DNA of 64,000 nucleotides, taken from the IMG/VR virus record IMGVR_UViG_3300008120_009089; one strand, 5' to 3'. Position numbers and translations under genes: made by a program. Positions 28,790 through 38,726 of the stretch are shown one piece after another; position 1 is the stretch's first letter; every line of letters begins with the position of its first letter. This DNA comes from an uncultured virus (IMG/VR IMGVR_UViG_3300008120_009089) (taxonomy: Duplodnaviria; Heunggongvirae; Uroviricota; Caudoviricetes). The notes under the pieces were generated by a model. That model ran no database searches. It was not told where the DNA came from and saw nothing but the letters and a program-made list of their open reading frames with translations.

Positions 28790-29628
28790 TGATACAAACA
28801 CCTGACTCATTAAGAGTTGTTATAAATGTTCACTATCCACCTTTTAACTCACAAATATTTGAAGAGTTTTTTTATAGTAAATATTTACAAAACCAGATAG
28901 AAACTGAGAGAATATACCTTCCAATTTTTTGGACAAGTTTGTATGTTAATAGAAACTATGGTAATGGAGATTTATCCGATATTCAAAATTTTATTGATAA
29001 TCTAGATAAAGATAAAAAATATTATACAATTGTTCAATACGATGATAATATTTTAAATAACTTTGGTGATTTAGATATTAAAATATTTGCTATGGGTGGT
29101 CATGGTAAATATTCCGATAAATGTTATCCAATTCCGTTGAATTGTTTACCACCACCAAATATTTTTATAAATCCTGATAAAGATATATTTGCTTCTTTTA
29201 TTGGTAGTGATACACACCCAGTTAGAGTCGCAATGAGAAATTCATTAGGAGGTGATTCTAAGTACTTTATTTCACAACCAATTGGTTATGAACAATTTAG
29301 AGATGTTATGTCGAGAAGTATTTTTTCTCTTTGTCCAAGAGGATATGGTGAAACATCCTTTAGAATATGTGAAGCTCTTCAAAACGAATCTATACCAGTC
29401 TATATTTATGATAACCCACTAGTTCCTTTTAATACTGAATTTAATTTTGATGAGATTGGAGTACAAATTCATGTTAATGATATTTCAAAATTAGATGAAA
29501 TATTATCTTCTAAAACACCTGAGGATATAAATAGATATGTTGAGAGAGGTAGAGAGATTTATAAAAAATATTTTGACTATGATGGATGTTTTAACTCTAT
29601 TATAGAAATATTACAAAAAAATAATTAA
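28786..29628 (+). CDS. exostosin-like (GT47) glycosyltransferase
   Basis: S.FSLCPRGYG.TSFR.CEAL...IPVYI. Confidence 0.8.
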   Translation: MMIQTPDSLRVVINVHYPPFNSQIFEEFFYSKYLQNQIETERIYLPIFWTSLYVNRNYGNGDLSDIQNFIDNLDKDKKYYTIVQYDDNILNNFGDLDIKIFAMGGHGKYSDKCYPIPLNCLPPPNIFINPDKDIFASFIGSDTHPVRVAMRNSLGGDSKYFISQPIGYEQFRDVMSRSIFSLCPRGYGETSFRICEALQNESIPVYIYDNPLVPFNTEFNFDEIGVQIHVNDISKLDEILSSKTPEDINRYVERGREIYKKYFDYDGCFNSIIEILQKNN

Positions 29629-29631
29629 AAG

Positions 29632-30444
29632 ATGATTTCAGTTTATTTTAATGGTAGATTAGGTAATCAAATATTTCAATATTTAGCTACTAGATTAGCA
29701 TCATATAACAGTGGTATTAAATTTTTTGTACCAAAAAGTAAAGAAGAAGGTAATAATTTAGCAAATTATTGTAGAAAGTTTGGATACTATGAGATGTCAA
29801 ATCCATCAAATCCACATTATTGGATTGGTGATAAACTATTTGATATAGACTTTGGTGAAATCGATGGTGATTTACTACACAAACAAGAAGAAGGATCTCT
29901 TGATAATGTATCAGATAATACTTTTTTAAATGGTTTTTTTCAATCCGAAAACTATTTTATAGATAAAAAAGATTTAGTAAAATCTTGGATTCCTATTAGA
30001 AAAGAAAATATAGATAAAACAATTGATTTGATTCAAAAATATCCAATTGATGAATATTGTTATATACACTTCAGAGGAGCTGATTATAAAGATATTCATC
30101 ATTGGTACTTACCTATTACTTACTATCAAGATGCTATTGATAAAGTTAGAGAAGTAAAAAATGATTTAAAGTTTTTAGTAATAACGGATGATGTTGAGGA
30201 GGCTAAGAAATTTTTCCCAGATTTTGATGTTATTAGTAATGAGATGGAAATTGATTTTTGCTTACTTTATCAATCTAAATATACGGTTATACCAAATTCT
30301 TCTTTTTCTTGGTGGGCTAGTTGGTTAAATGATGATAATATAATTACTGTTGCTCCTGAAAGATGGTTTAATTATAATGTTGGTGGTGAATTTGATCCTC
30401 CTAAAATTAAAAGTGATAAATTCACATACATTGATAAAAAATAA
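29632..30444 (+). CDS. alpha-1,2-fucosyltransferase (GT11)
   Basis: GRLGNQIFQ, GFFQSE, HFRGADY, NSSFSWW. Confidence 0.88.
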   Translation: MISVYFNGRLGNQIFQYLATRLASYNSGIKFFVPKSKEEGNNLANYCRKFGYYEMSNPSNPHYWIGDKLFDIDFGEIDGDLLHKQEEGSLDNVSDNTFLNGFFQSENYFIDKKDLVKSWIPIRKENIDKTIDLIQKYPIDEYCYIHFRGADYKDIHHWYLPITYYQDAIDKVREVKNDLKFLVITDDVEEAKKFFPDFDVISNEMEIDFCLLYQSKYTVIPNSSFSWWASWLNDDNIITVAPERWFNYNVGGEFDPPKIKSDKFTYIDKK

Positions 30445-30451
30445 AAAGATT

Positions 30452-31237
30452 ATGATTATAAGTAAAATACAAGGTGGTTTAGGAAATCAAATGTTTCAAT
30501 GGGCTTATGGTAGATATTTATCTCATAAACATGATACCGAGTTGAGATTAGATACTAATTTCTATAATTATAGATTACCCGGTACAACTCAAAGAGAGTT
30601 TTTATTAAATAGATTTACAAACATTTCAACAAATACAGATTTAAGAGTATCATTAGTTGGTCCTATCTATAAAATAGAAGATAATTTTATTTTTAAAGAG
30701 GTGCCAAAGCCAGTGAATGTAAATTATTATCTAGATGGATATTGGCAAAGTGAAAAATATTTTAAAGAAATAGAATCTTTGATTAGAGAAGATTTTAAAC
30801 CAAGTGATGAGATGTTGAGTAAACTATTAAAAACTCCATTGATTGATAAAAATAATATTTCACTTCATATAAGAAGAACTGATTATGTTACCTCAAATGG
30901 TTATCATCCAGTACAATCTATTGAGTATTATAATAAAGCAGTTGAGACAATTGGTGAATATGATTACATCTTTGTTTTTTCTGATGATATAAAATGGTGT
31001 AAAGAAAATTTACATTTTGATAATATGATATTTATGGAAGGTTTTACTGACATTCAAGATTTATATTTGATGTCTTTTTGTAAGAATAATATTATTGCTA
31101 ATAGTTCATTCAGTTGGTGGGGGGCTTGGTTAAATAATAATATGAATAAAAAAGTAGTTGCTCCTGAGAAATGGTTTGGTGATATGGCTAATATTAACAC
31201 AACTGATATTATACCAGAAAGTTGGATAAAGATATGA
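30452..31237 (+). CDS. alpha-1,2-fucosyltransferase (GT11)
   Basis: GGLGNQMFQ, GYWQSE, HIRRTDY, NSSFSWWGAWL; start at ATG 30452. Confidence 0.9.
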   Translation: MIISKIQGGLGNQMFQWAYGRYLSHKHDTELRLDTNFYNYRLPGTTQREFLLNRFTNISTNTDLRVSLVGPIYKIEDNFIFKEVPKPVNVNYYLDGYWQSEKYFKEIESLIREDFKPSDEMLSKLLKTPLIDKNNISLHIRRTDYVTSNGYHPVQSIEYYNKAVETIGEYDYIFVFSDDIKWCKENLHFDNMIFMEGFTDIQDLYLMSFCKNNIIANSSFSWWGAWLNNNMNKKVVAPEKWFGDMANINTTDIIPESWIKI

Positions 31238-32340
31238 AGTATGATTATTTAATAGTTGGATCGGGATTATTTGGCTCAGTTTTTGCTAGAGAAATGAAAA
31301 ACTCTGGTAAAAGTTGTTTAATTATTGAAAAGAGAAAACATATTGCCGGTAACCTTTATACTGAGAATATACATGGTATCAATGTTCATAAATATGGACC
31401 TCATATATTTCATACTTCGGATGATAAAGTTTGGGAATATGTTAATAAGTATGCTAAGTTTAATCATTTTAGATATGAACCTTTAGCAAACTATAATGGT
31501 GAGATTTATAATCTACCATTCAACATGAATACATTTGGTAAAATGTGGAATATTTTTACACCTGAAGAGGTTAAATCTAAAATAGATTCTCAGAGAATAA
31601 ATATTGATAATCCAAGAAATTTAGAAGAGTTTGCTCTTTCTATGGTTGGTAAAGATATTTATGAAAAACTAATCAAAGAATATACAAAAAAACAATGGGG
31701 TAAAGATCCTTCTGAATTACCAACTTCTATAATTAAAAGAATACCAATTCGATTTAAATATGATAATAACTATTATAGAGATAAATATCAAGGTATACCA
31801 ATTGGTGGATATACTAAGATGATAGAAAATATAGTTGGTGATATAGAAGTAATTTATGGTGAAGATTTTTTATCTAAACGTGAATATTATGAATCTATAT
31901 CAAATAAAATTGTTTACACTGGAAAGATTGATGAGTTTTTTGATTATGAATTTGGTAAATTAGAATATAGAAGTTTAAGATTTGATGAAGAAATATTACC
32001 TATCTCAAATTATCAAGGTGTTGCTGGTGTTAATTACACTAGCGAGAATGTATCATATACCCGTATAATAGAACATAAACACTTTGACTTATTAGATGAT
32101 ACTAAATACACTATAATAACCAAGGAGTATCCACAAAAGTATAATGGTGAAAATGAAGCTTACTACCCTGTTAATGATTATTTAAACAATTCTATATATA
32201 ATCTCTATAAAGAAAGAAGTAAAGCTTTAGATAAATATATCTTTGGTGGTAGATTAGCAAATTATAAATATTATGACATGCACCAAGTAATAGCAGAAGC
32301 TTTAAAAAAATCAAAAGATGAGATATGGTCGAAGTTGTAA
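31234..32340 (+). CDS. glf: UDP-galactopyranose mutase
   Basis: IVGSGLFG, HKYGPHIFHT, YT.KQWG, YQGIP..GY, GRLA.YKYYDMHQ. Confidence 0.93.
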   Translation: MKYDYLIVGSGLFGSVFAREMKNSGKSCLIIEKRKHIAGNLYTENIHGINVHKYGPHIFHTSDDKVWEYVNKYAKFNHFRYEPLANYNGEIYNLPFNMNTFGKMWNIFTPEEVKSKIDSQRINIDNPRNLEEFALSMVGKDIYEKLIKEYTKKQWGKDPSELPTSIIKRIPIRFKYDNNYYRDKYQGIPIGGYTKMIENIVGDIEVIYGEDFLSKREYYESISNKIVYTGKIDEFFDYEFGKLEYRSLRFDEEILPISNYQGVAGVNYTSENVSYTRIIEHKHFDLLDDTKYTIITKEYPQKYNGENEAYYPVNDYLNNSIYNLYKERSKALDKYIFGGRLANYKYYDMHQVIAEALKKSKDEIWSKL

Positions 32341-32936
32341 TAGCTAAATATAAAGAAGATATAAGTTGGACAAAACTATTTAAGAGATCTAAACTTTTTA
32401 TTTATGACAAAAGTGGTGATGATAATGGTTATATAAATTTACCAAATTTTGGTAGAGAAGCTCATACCTATCTATATCATATAGTTAATAATTATGATAA
32501 TTTATCTGATTATGTTTGTTTCCTACAAGGTAATCCATATGATGGAGTAAAGGGTAATTTAAGTCAAAATATTGAGACTATTGACTCTTATAACGGATCA
32601 GACTTTCTTTGTTTATCACATCTTTTAAAATGTAACTTGGATGGCGGACCTGTACACCCTGGTTTGAATATAAAAGAAATTATATTTGATAAATATTTTG
32701 AAAATAGTCCAAATGAATTATATTTTATAGTAGGAGCTCAATTTTTAGTTAGTAGAAATTTTATAAAAATGAGACCTAAGCAATTTTATATTAACCTACT
32801 AAGTGAGTTTGATAGAGATGATATAAATGATACAGTGATTCCACCACATAAAGGTGGTGGTGTTAATAAAATGCCGTGGATAATGGAGAGAATTTGGTTC
32901 TATGTATTTAACGAAAAATATAAATTAAAATTATGA
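32325..32936 (+). CDS. DUF3431-like protein (putative glycosyltransferase)
   Basis: VVIAKY.ED.SW, LPN.GREAHTYL.HI..NYD.L, GAQF.VS, ERIW. Confidence 0.75.
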   Translation: MVEVVIAKYKEDISWTKLFKRSKLFIYDKSGDDNGYINLPNFGREAHTYLYHIVNNYDNLSDYVCFLQGNPYDGVKGNLSQNIETIDSYNGSDFLCLSHLLKCNLDGGPVHPGLNIKEIIFDKYFENSPNELYFIVGAQFLVSRNFIKMRPKQFYINLLSEFDRDDINDTVIPPHKGGGVNKMPWIMERIWFYVFNEKYKLKL

Positions 32937-33694
32937 TTAACGAAAAAGATATTTGTTTTGTAACAACAACACTATATACTAAATTTTTGAATTATCAATC
33001 AAAAATTTTAAAGAGTAATTTTCCTGAAAGTCAACATATAGTAGTTGATGGTAGAAAGGAATGGCCCAATTCTTGGTTTTATTGGATTGAAGAAGTTAAA
33101 AAAACTGATTGTAAATACTTTGTTCATATTGATGAAGATTTCTTTTTAACATCAAAGGATGAGTTTTTAAAAGCTGTTCAGAAACTTGAAAGTGTTGATA
33201 TACTTGGTGTATCAGATGGATATTCTCAATTTAGAGGTGCTAATCCAGTGGCTATTAATGCTTTTTTACTTATGGGTAAAATTGAATTTTTGAGAAAAGT
33301 TAATTTCTCAAATATACAATTTGGGTTTCATCCTGTTAATGGTTGGCTTAATAACTATGGAATTAAGTTTGAAGAAGATTATAAAAAAGATTTTAAATAT
33401 CAACACGAAATTCAAGGTGGTTCTAATTTTAATTATGAACAAGAGCCTTACTACGCATTTTTATGGACTATGAAAAAGTTAGGTTGTAAATTTGATTATT
33501 TATATCCACACTTTGATGAGAGATTTAAATCGACAAATCCTAGATTAGATAAAGATTCACCAGATATAGGAATTCATATGTGGTATACAAGAAACTGGTC
33601 TAGTAATGAAGATGTACATGGTATGACTAATATTGATAGATACAATTCTGTTGAAAGTTATATACTTGAAAATTTAATATTAGAAAATGAATAG
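32933..33694 (+). CDS. putative GT-A fold glycosyltransferase
   Basis: FVHIDEDFF DxD motif; cluster context. Confidence 0.55.
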   Translation: MINEKDICFVTTTLYTKFLNYQSKILKSNFPESQHIVVDGRKEWPNSWFYWIEEVKKTDCKYFVHIDEDFFLTSKDEFLKAVQKLESVDILGVSDGYSQFRGANPVAINAFLLMGKIEFLRKVNFSNIQFGFHPVNGWLNNYGIKFEEDYKKDFKYQHEIQGGSNFNYEQEPYYAFLWTMKKLGCKFDYLYPHFDERFKSTNPRLDKDSPDIGIHMWYTRNWSSNEDVHGMTNIDRYNSVESYILENLILENE

Positions 33695-34370
33695 AGTTTA
33701 TATAAATGTTGCTGTGATGGGTTCTGTTAATGAAGTTTTGACAAACCTATTAAATAGAATTAAAGATAGTAGTTTATACGAAAATTGTGATGTAATCAAT
33801 TTAGTCATTAATGGTGATATAAACTTATTAAAGGTGAATTTAGATGATCCTAAATATAAAATTTGGAATAAATATAAAGATACTTCATATAATGAGTTTC
33901 CAACTTTAGATCTAATTTGGAAACATTCACAAGACGAAGATTTCAATGTTCTTTATTTACACACAAAAGGAGTAAGTAGAAATCATCCTTTTATAACGGA
34001 TTGGACTAATTACTTATCTTATTTTAGTATAAATAAATGGGAAGATAGATTAGAAGAGTTAAAAGAGAATGATTGTACTGGTGTTAATTTAAGAGGTAAT
34101 CCAGAAGATATCAAATTTCATCCTATGTATTGGGGATATGGTAAAGCCCCTAAACATTATTCTGGTAATTTTTGGTGGAGTAAATCTTCACATATTAAAA
34201 ATTTATGTAATCCAATCACTTGGATGCCTAATAATGATTATCTGAAATGGAGAATGATGTGTGAAATGTGGGTTTGTCAATTACCAGAATCAAAATACTA
34301 TAATGCTCATACATCAGATGTTGATCATTACCAAAATCCATATCCAGGAGAATTATATGAAACAGTTTAA
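33687..34370 (+). CDS. putative glycosyltransferase-like protein
   Basis: EFPTL, YLHTKGV, HYSGNFWW motifs; cluster context. Confidence 0.55.
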   Translation: MNRVYINVAVMGSVNEVLTNLLNRIKDSSLYENCDVINLVINGDINLLKVNLDDPKYKIWNKYKDTSYNEFPTLDLIWKHSQDEDFNVLYLHTKGVSRNHPFITDWTNYLSYFSINKWEDRLEELKENDCTGVNLRGNPEDIKFHPMYWGYGKAPKHYSGNFWWSKSSHIKNLCNPITWMPNNDYLKWRMMCEMWVCQLPESKYYNAHTSDVDHYQNPYPGELYETV

Positions 34371-34518
34371 TCCCAGTGATGAGTTATCGAAGTTACTTTC
34401 TCAAGAATTAGCTAAGTCTATTGATAAAGAAATTATGAATGAACTATTTAGACTTTTTCCAAAAGTAACAATGAGTAGAAGAAATAAAATTAATAAAATA
34501 TACAAAAAAGGTGATTAA
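34357..34518 (+). CDS. 53-aa mini-protein: major-capsid-like helix plus RRNKINKIY tail
   Basis: ATG 34357, MKQFNPSDELSKLLSQELAKSIDKEIMNELFRLFPKVTMSRRNKINKIYKKGD. Confidence 0.6.
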   Translation: MKQFNPSDELSKLLSQELAKSIDKEIMNELFRLFPKVTMSRRNKINKIYKKGD

Positions 34519-34537
34519 ATTAATCACCTTTTTTTTC
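34505..34537. terminator. bidirectional terminator between convergent genes
   Basis: aaaaaggtgatt-aaatt-aatcaccttttt. Confidence 0.8.
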
Positions 34538-35168
34538 TCCAATGAGCAACTAAGTAGTTATCACCTATTAAATTATTATCAATAATAACTGGTGTATCAA
34601 AGTCTTCAAGTATTTTTGCTTTATTATAAAGAAACTCAATATCATAGAAGTTAAAATGAAATGTCATTGTAAATTCTTTAGATGTTACTTTTTGTTGTGA
34701 GTAATTAAATGTATTATCACTTAAAGCTTTTAATATTATTTCATAAAATCGAATTATATAGATAGCATCTCTGTGTATATCAACACAAGTAATAGTAAAT
34801 GGATAAAGAAATTGATTATCTAAATCTAAATAGTGTTTTGTTACAATATCAAATAAAAGCCAATAATTTAAATCAGAGTCAACAGATCTAAAAGTTATTG
34901 TTAACTCGTGAGTTGTTGATATATCCTGAACATTTTTAGCAGGTTTGAATTGTCTTTCTTTACCTCTTGGTAGAACTTGTTTTGGTAAATCAATAGAAAT
35001 ACCTGGAAAGTTAACAGATTTAATAGTAGAGTTAATATAATCTATTATATTTTCGTATTGAACCCAATTCTTTTCAAGAATAGGCTTATATGTCTCAACT
35101 AACTCTGGCTTTAAAAAGTTACTCGGTAAATTAAATATAAACTGACTGGACTGTGAACTTAACCTCAT
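34524..35168 (-). CDS. tail tube-fold protein (T4 gp3/gp19-like)
   Basis: SVNFPGISI, ELTITF..D..LNY, FTMTF.F..Y.IE. Confidence 0.6.
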   Translation of the reverse strand: MRLSSQSSQFIFNLPSNFLKPELVETYKPILEKNWVQYENIIDYINSTIKSVNFPGISIDLPKQVLPRGKERQFKPAKNVQDISTTHELTITFRSVDSDLNYWLLFDIVTKHYLDLDNQFLYPFTITCVDIHRDAIYIIRFYEIILKALSDNTFNYSQQKVTSKEFTMTFHFNFYDIEFLYNKAKILEDFDTPVIIDNNLIGDNYLVAHWRKKR

Positions 35169-35185
35169 TTATTTATTATTAATTT

Positions 35186-37315
35186 TTATGGTTTTTTATT
35201 AGGTGTTGTTTGACCTGAAATTAACTTTCTAGTAACGATAGCAGTTTCTTTTGGCATCTTAGGATCTTTAATGATATCTGGTGCCTTAGGAGCTTCATTA
35301 TTAAGAATTTGAATATTATCAAGACTGTCGTAAATTTTAAATAATCCAGTATAAATAACTGTACTATTAGCACCTGTTGTACCAACAATATAAAAAATAT
35401 TTACTTTAGCATCATAAATCTTTTTAACATTTAAAAATTTAGATTCAGGTATTTTAAATACAACTTGTCCTAACTTTAAGTTTACTTCTTTTGATTCAGT
35501 CATCAATTTAAAATCATGTGATGATGTATCATTTTTTATAACCATTTTAACTTCTGTAAAAGATGTTAAATCTAAATAGTCTGGTTGTGTACTAACACCA
35601 CTTGCAATAACAAACTTCATTATGTTATCAAATGGATATATTAATACTTGTAATTTTCCAATACCATAGAAAGTTGTGCTATTAACTATTGAGTTTTCTG
35701 ATTTTGCTATAATATTAAATCTATCAACAAAAACTGGAAAAGGTACTTTTACTTCTTGGACTTGTACATTTCCAGCACCACCGCCTCCACCAAGACCCGC
35801 TCCGTTTCCGCCACCAGCACCACCAGCGCCTGTGTTTACATTAGGATAACCACCATTTGGATTACCAGAACCACCCGCTCCGGTTCCTGTACCAGCACCT
35901 GTACCAACACCTGTACCAGCACCTGTACCAGCACCTGTACCAGTGCCTGTTCCGTTTCCAGTACCGGTTCCTAAACCATTTGTATTATTAATATTGTTTC
36001 CTTGATTTTGTAAAGCTAATAGATCTTTAAATGTTCCATTTGATCCAGAAAATAGTGCTTTTCCTATAGCTATTCCATTTTTATATCCAACACCTATTTG
36101 TTTTCCAAAATTTCTACCAGATACAGAATTTGATTTACCTAAAGAGTTAGTATTCCCTAATAAAGCAGCATCTATATTATTTTTAATATTATAAACTTTT
36201 GGTTTTAATGCGTTATCTAAATTTATTTTAGATAAACGTATGCTATATTTGGTTATTTCATCTTGTAACATACCATAAGAAGCTCTTCTTAATATAAACG
36301 AATCATCAACTGAATCTATAAGTCTCATTTCAACATCTATAATTGCGGTTGTTGTTGAGAATTTAATAATTGGTCTATAATCAACTGTTTCGTTAAAACC
36401 ATCATTTATAGTAACTGTTGTCTTTTTACCTCTTATATTTTGCTCATAAGTAATAATATCATACTGAACATAGTATCTACGTCCTTCTCTTACAGAATCA
36501 TCAATAAACTTTTTAAACTCAGCAATATTATTATTATATGTTCCAAATATTTCAAAATAATCACCATCGGATGAGTGTTGAATTTTTAATCCTAATCTTT
36601 CAAATTCTGGTGTTTGTGGTAAAGTTGTCGTAACTTTAGTTCCTAAAATATAATTTGTTCTACCATTAATCGTCTCAATACCATCAACAAAGTAAAAATC
36701 TATGAAAATTGGAGATGTTGAGCTTAAACCAATACCATCCGTTAAATTAAAATTAATACTATTTTCTTTTGGATATTCTCCAGTTAGTTGAGCTGCAACT
36801 TCACTAACAGCTGGTATATCAATTGATATATTTTTACCCCATAGTTTTTCTTGAAAATAAAGTGGTGGTGCTGAATAATTTAGTAAATTTGATTGACTAG
36901 TATTAGTCATGTCAAAAAAGAAATTTGATAAATCAAAACTTATTGTATTTGTTCTATCAAATGTATAAACTTTAATATAAAAACCTAAATGCTCACCGAA
37001 AGTCCAGTTTACTGGAATATGAATTTTAACTGTATCATGTCTGACTGGTATACCAACTGAATAGTCTTTATATTGTAAATATGAATAGTAAGTCGTATCA
37101 ACTACTGAAAACTTACCTGATATTGCATCTAATCTAAAAAGTTGATTTGATGGTATATTACCAGAAACACCATCTGGATCACCAACGTATGATCTTCTTC
37201 TATCTCTTGAGTCAATTAATATTTGATATTTCTCAGCTATAAGATTACCATCATTATAAATATATTCTAATAATATATCTTTATCTAATTTTAAATATTT
37301 TGAAATCTTAGCCAT
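35186..37315 (-). CDS. large putative virion structural protein with Gly/Thr/Ala low-complexity linker
   Basis: 709 aa, beta-rich, late-type TATATA promoter, next to a tail gene. Confidence 0.55.
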   Translation of the reverse strand: MAKISKYLKLDKDILLEYIYNDGNLIAEKYQILIDSRDRRRSYVGDPDGVSGNIPSNQLFRLDAISGKFSVVDTTYYSYLQYKDYSVGIPVRHDTVKIHIPVNWTFGEHLGFYIKVYTFDRTNTISFDLSNFFFDMTNTSQSNLLNYSAPPLYFQEKLWGKNISIDIPAVSEVAAQLTGEYPKENSINFNLTDGIGLSSTSPIFIDFYFVDGIETINGRTNYILGTKVTTTLPQTPEFERLGLKIQHSSDGDYFEIFGTYNNNIAEFKKFIDDSVREGRRYYVQYDIITYEQNIRGKKTTVTINDGFNETVDYRPIIKFSTTTAIIDVEMRLIDSVDDSFILRRASYGMLQDEITKYSIRLSKINLDNALKPKVYNIKNNIDAALLGNTNSLGKSNSVSGRNFGKQIGVGYKNGIAIGKALFSGSNGTFKDLLALQNQGNNINNTNGLGTGTGNGTGTGTGAGTGAGTGVGTGAGTGTGAGGSGNPNGGYPNVNTGAGGAGGGNGAGLGGGGGAGNVQVQEVKVPFPVFVDRFNIIAKSENSIVNSTTFYGIGKLQVLIYPFDNIMKFVIASGVSTQPDYLDLTSFTEVKMVIKNDTSSHDFKLMTESKEVNLKLGQVVFKIPESKFLNVKKIYDAKVNIFYIVGTTGANSTVIYTGLFKIYDSLDNIQILNNEAPKAPDIIKDPKMPKETAIVTRKLISGQTTPNKKP
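35770..35980 (-). repeat. Gly-rich (GTGA)n repeat; 12-nt unit ccagcacctgta
   Basis: Tandem copies visible at about 35890-35945. Confidence 0.85.
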
Positions 37316-37349
37316 TTAAGTCTATAATGTTTTAGATATATATTAAAAA

Positions 37350-37386
37350 AGAAAACCTCTCATTTATACAATCAGAGGTTTTCTTT
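37350..37386. terminator. intrinsic terminator
   Basis: aaagaaaacctct...agaggttttcttt. Confidence 0.7.
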
Positions 37387-37773
37387 TAATAGTCTTTCTT
37401 TAACACATTCAACTATTTGTTCTTCGGTTAAATCTGGATGATTTAAACAAATTTGTTTATATAATTCTTGTTCTTCTAAAGCTAATTTTTCAATTTCTTT
37501 ATTGATTGGATTAGTAAAGTTTTCTAACTTTTTCCCTTCAGTTTCTATTTCATCAATTATTTTTAGTAACTCATTTAAAGAAGAATAACTTTCGTTGTTT
37601 TTATTTTCCTCTTTTTTCATGTCCTTTTCTAAATTATCAAGTTTTTTATAAGCATCATTCAACATTTGTAACGTTTCTTTTGCTTTTTCTTGATACTTAT
37701 TTAAATCACTTAACATATTGATATAAGTTTTTCTAATATTAACAGCTGCTAATAAGAATCTTTCGTCTATCAT
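37372..37773 (-). CDS. coiled-coil hypothetical protein
   Basis: ORF 133 aa. Confidence 0.6.
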   Translation of the reverse strand: MIDERFLLAAVNIRKTYINMLSDLNKYQEKAKETLQMLNDAYKKLDNLEKDMKKEENKNNESYSSLNELLKIIDEIETEGKKLENFTNPINKEIEKLALEEQELYKQICLNHPDLTEEQIVECVKERLLKENL

Positions 37774-38681
37774 TGTTGCTCAGTCTCTTTTTTGGCTCTT
37801 GGTTTTCGAGTGACTTTTTTTACTTCAGAAACTTTAATTTCTTCTTTTTCTTGTTTTAAATTTCTTTTTGTTGAAGCTATTGGTTTTTTTCTAGTTGTTG
37901 TTTTTTTAACTGATTTGTTATAAACCATTTCTTTTATCTTTTCAGAAATTTGAAATTTTAAATTTTCTGGATTTTTTAATAAATCATTAGCTATTTCAGA
38001 TGCTAAGAAATCTATAATACTTTTTTCATATGAATCCTCCATCATTTCAATAAAGTCTAATCTAGGAATTTTATTATTTAGAGTTAAATCTAAACTAAAC
38101 TCAACTACTTTTTTGGCATTTCTGAACATTATGTGAATTGGATCTTCTGGTTTAGCAAGAGGTCTTTGAACAACATCACCTTCTTCATTTCTTTGAACCT
38201 CTACTCTTTGCACATTATTATCAACAACTGGAGGTATATAAGTTTGTTGTGGTGGTGTTGGTAATTCTTCATCATCGATTAATCTAGATAAAGCTTCCTG
38301 TTGTCTAACAGTTGCTTCTCTATTATCAATCACACCATACTTTCTAGCCAATTCCTCTCTTTCATCTTCAATTGATGAATAAACAACCGCACTATCATCA
38401 CTAGTTGGTCTAACTTGACCACTATAATTAGACATATTTACAGTTCCATCATCAACCATATTATCGGTTGGTATGTTTTTAATTGTTTCAGTTAATGATT
38501 CAAAAGCTGATCTATTATTAAGAAATGAACGAGGATCAATTTCTTCTACAAAGTAATTTGTATCACCTAATCTTCGAACATCAATTTTTTGTTTGTTTTC
38601 TAGAATTGCGATATTTTCAAATGAATCAATTACCTTAACAACCTCTCCAGTTCTAATATCTCTAAATTTTTTACCTTTCAT
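37770..38681 (-). CDS. hypothetical protein with basic C-terminal tail
   Basis: ORF 303 aa. Confidence 0.6.
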   Translation of the reverse strand: MKGKKFRDIRTGEVVKVIDSFENIAILENKQKIDVRRLGDTNYFVEEIDPRSFLNNRSAFESLTETIKNIPTDNMVDDGTVNMSNYSGQVRPTSDDSAVVYSSIEDEREELARKYGVIDNREATVRQQEALSRLIDDEELPTPPQQTYIPPVVDNNVQRVEVQRNEEGDVVQRPLAKPEDPIHIMFRNAKKVVEFSLDLTLNNKIPRLDFIEMMEDSYEKSIIDFLASEIANDLLKNPENLKFQISEKIKEMVYNKSVKKTTTRKKPIASTKRNLKQEKEEIKVSEVKKVTRKPRAKKETEQQ

Positions 38682-38726
38682 AAAAATATATATATTTTTT
38701 AACTTCTGATTATATATATCTAAACC

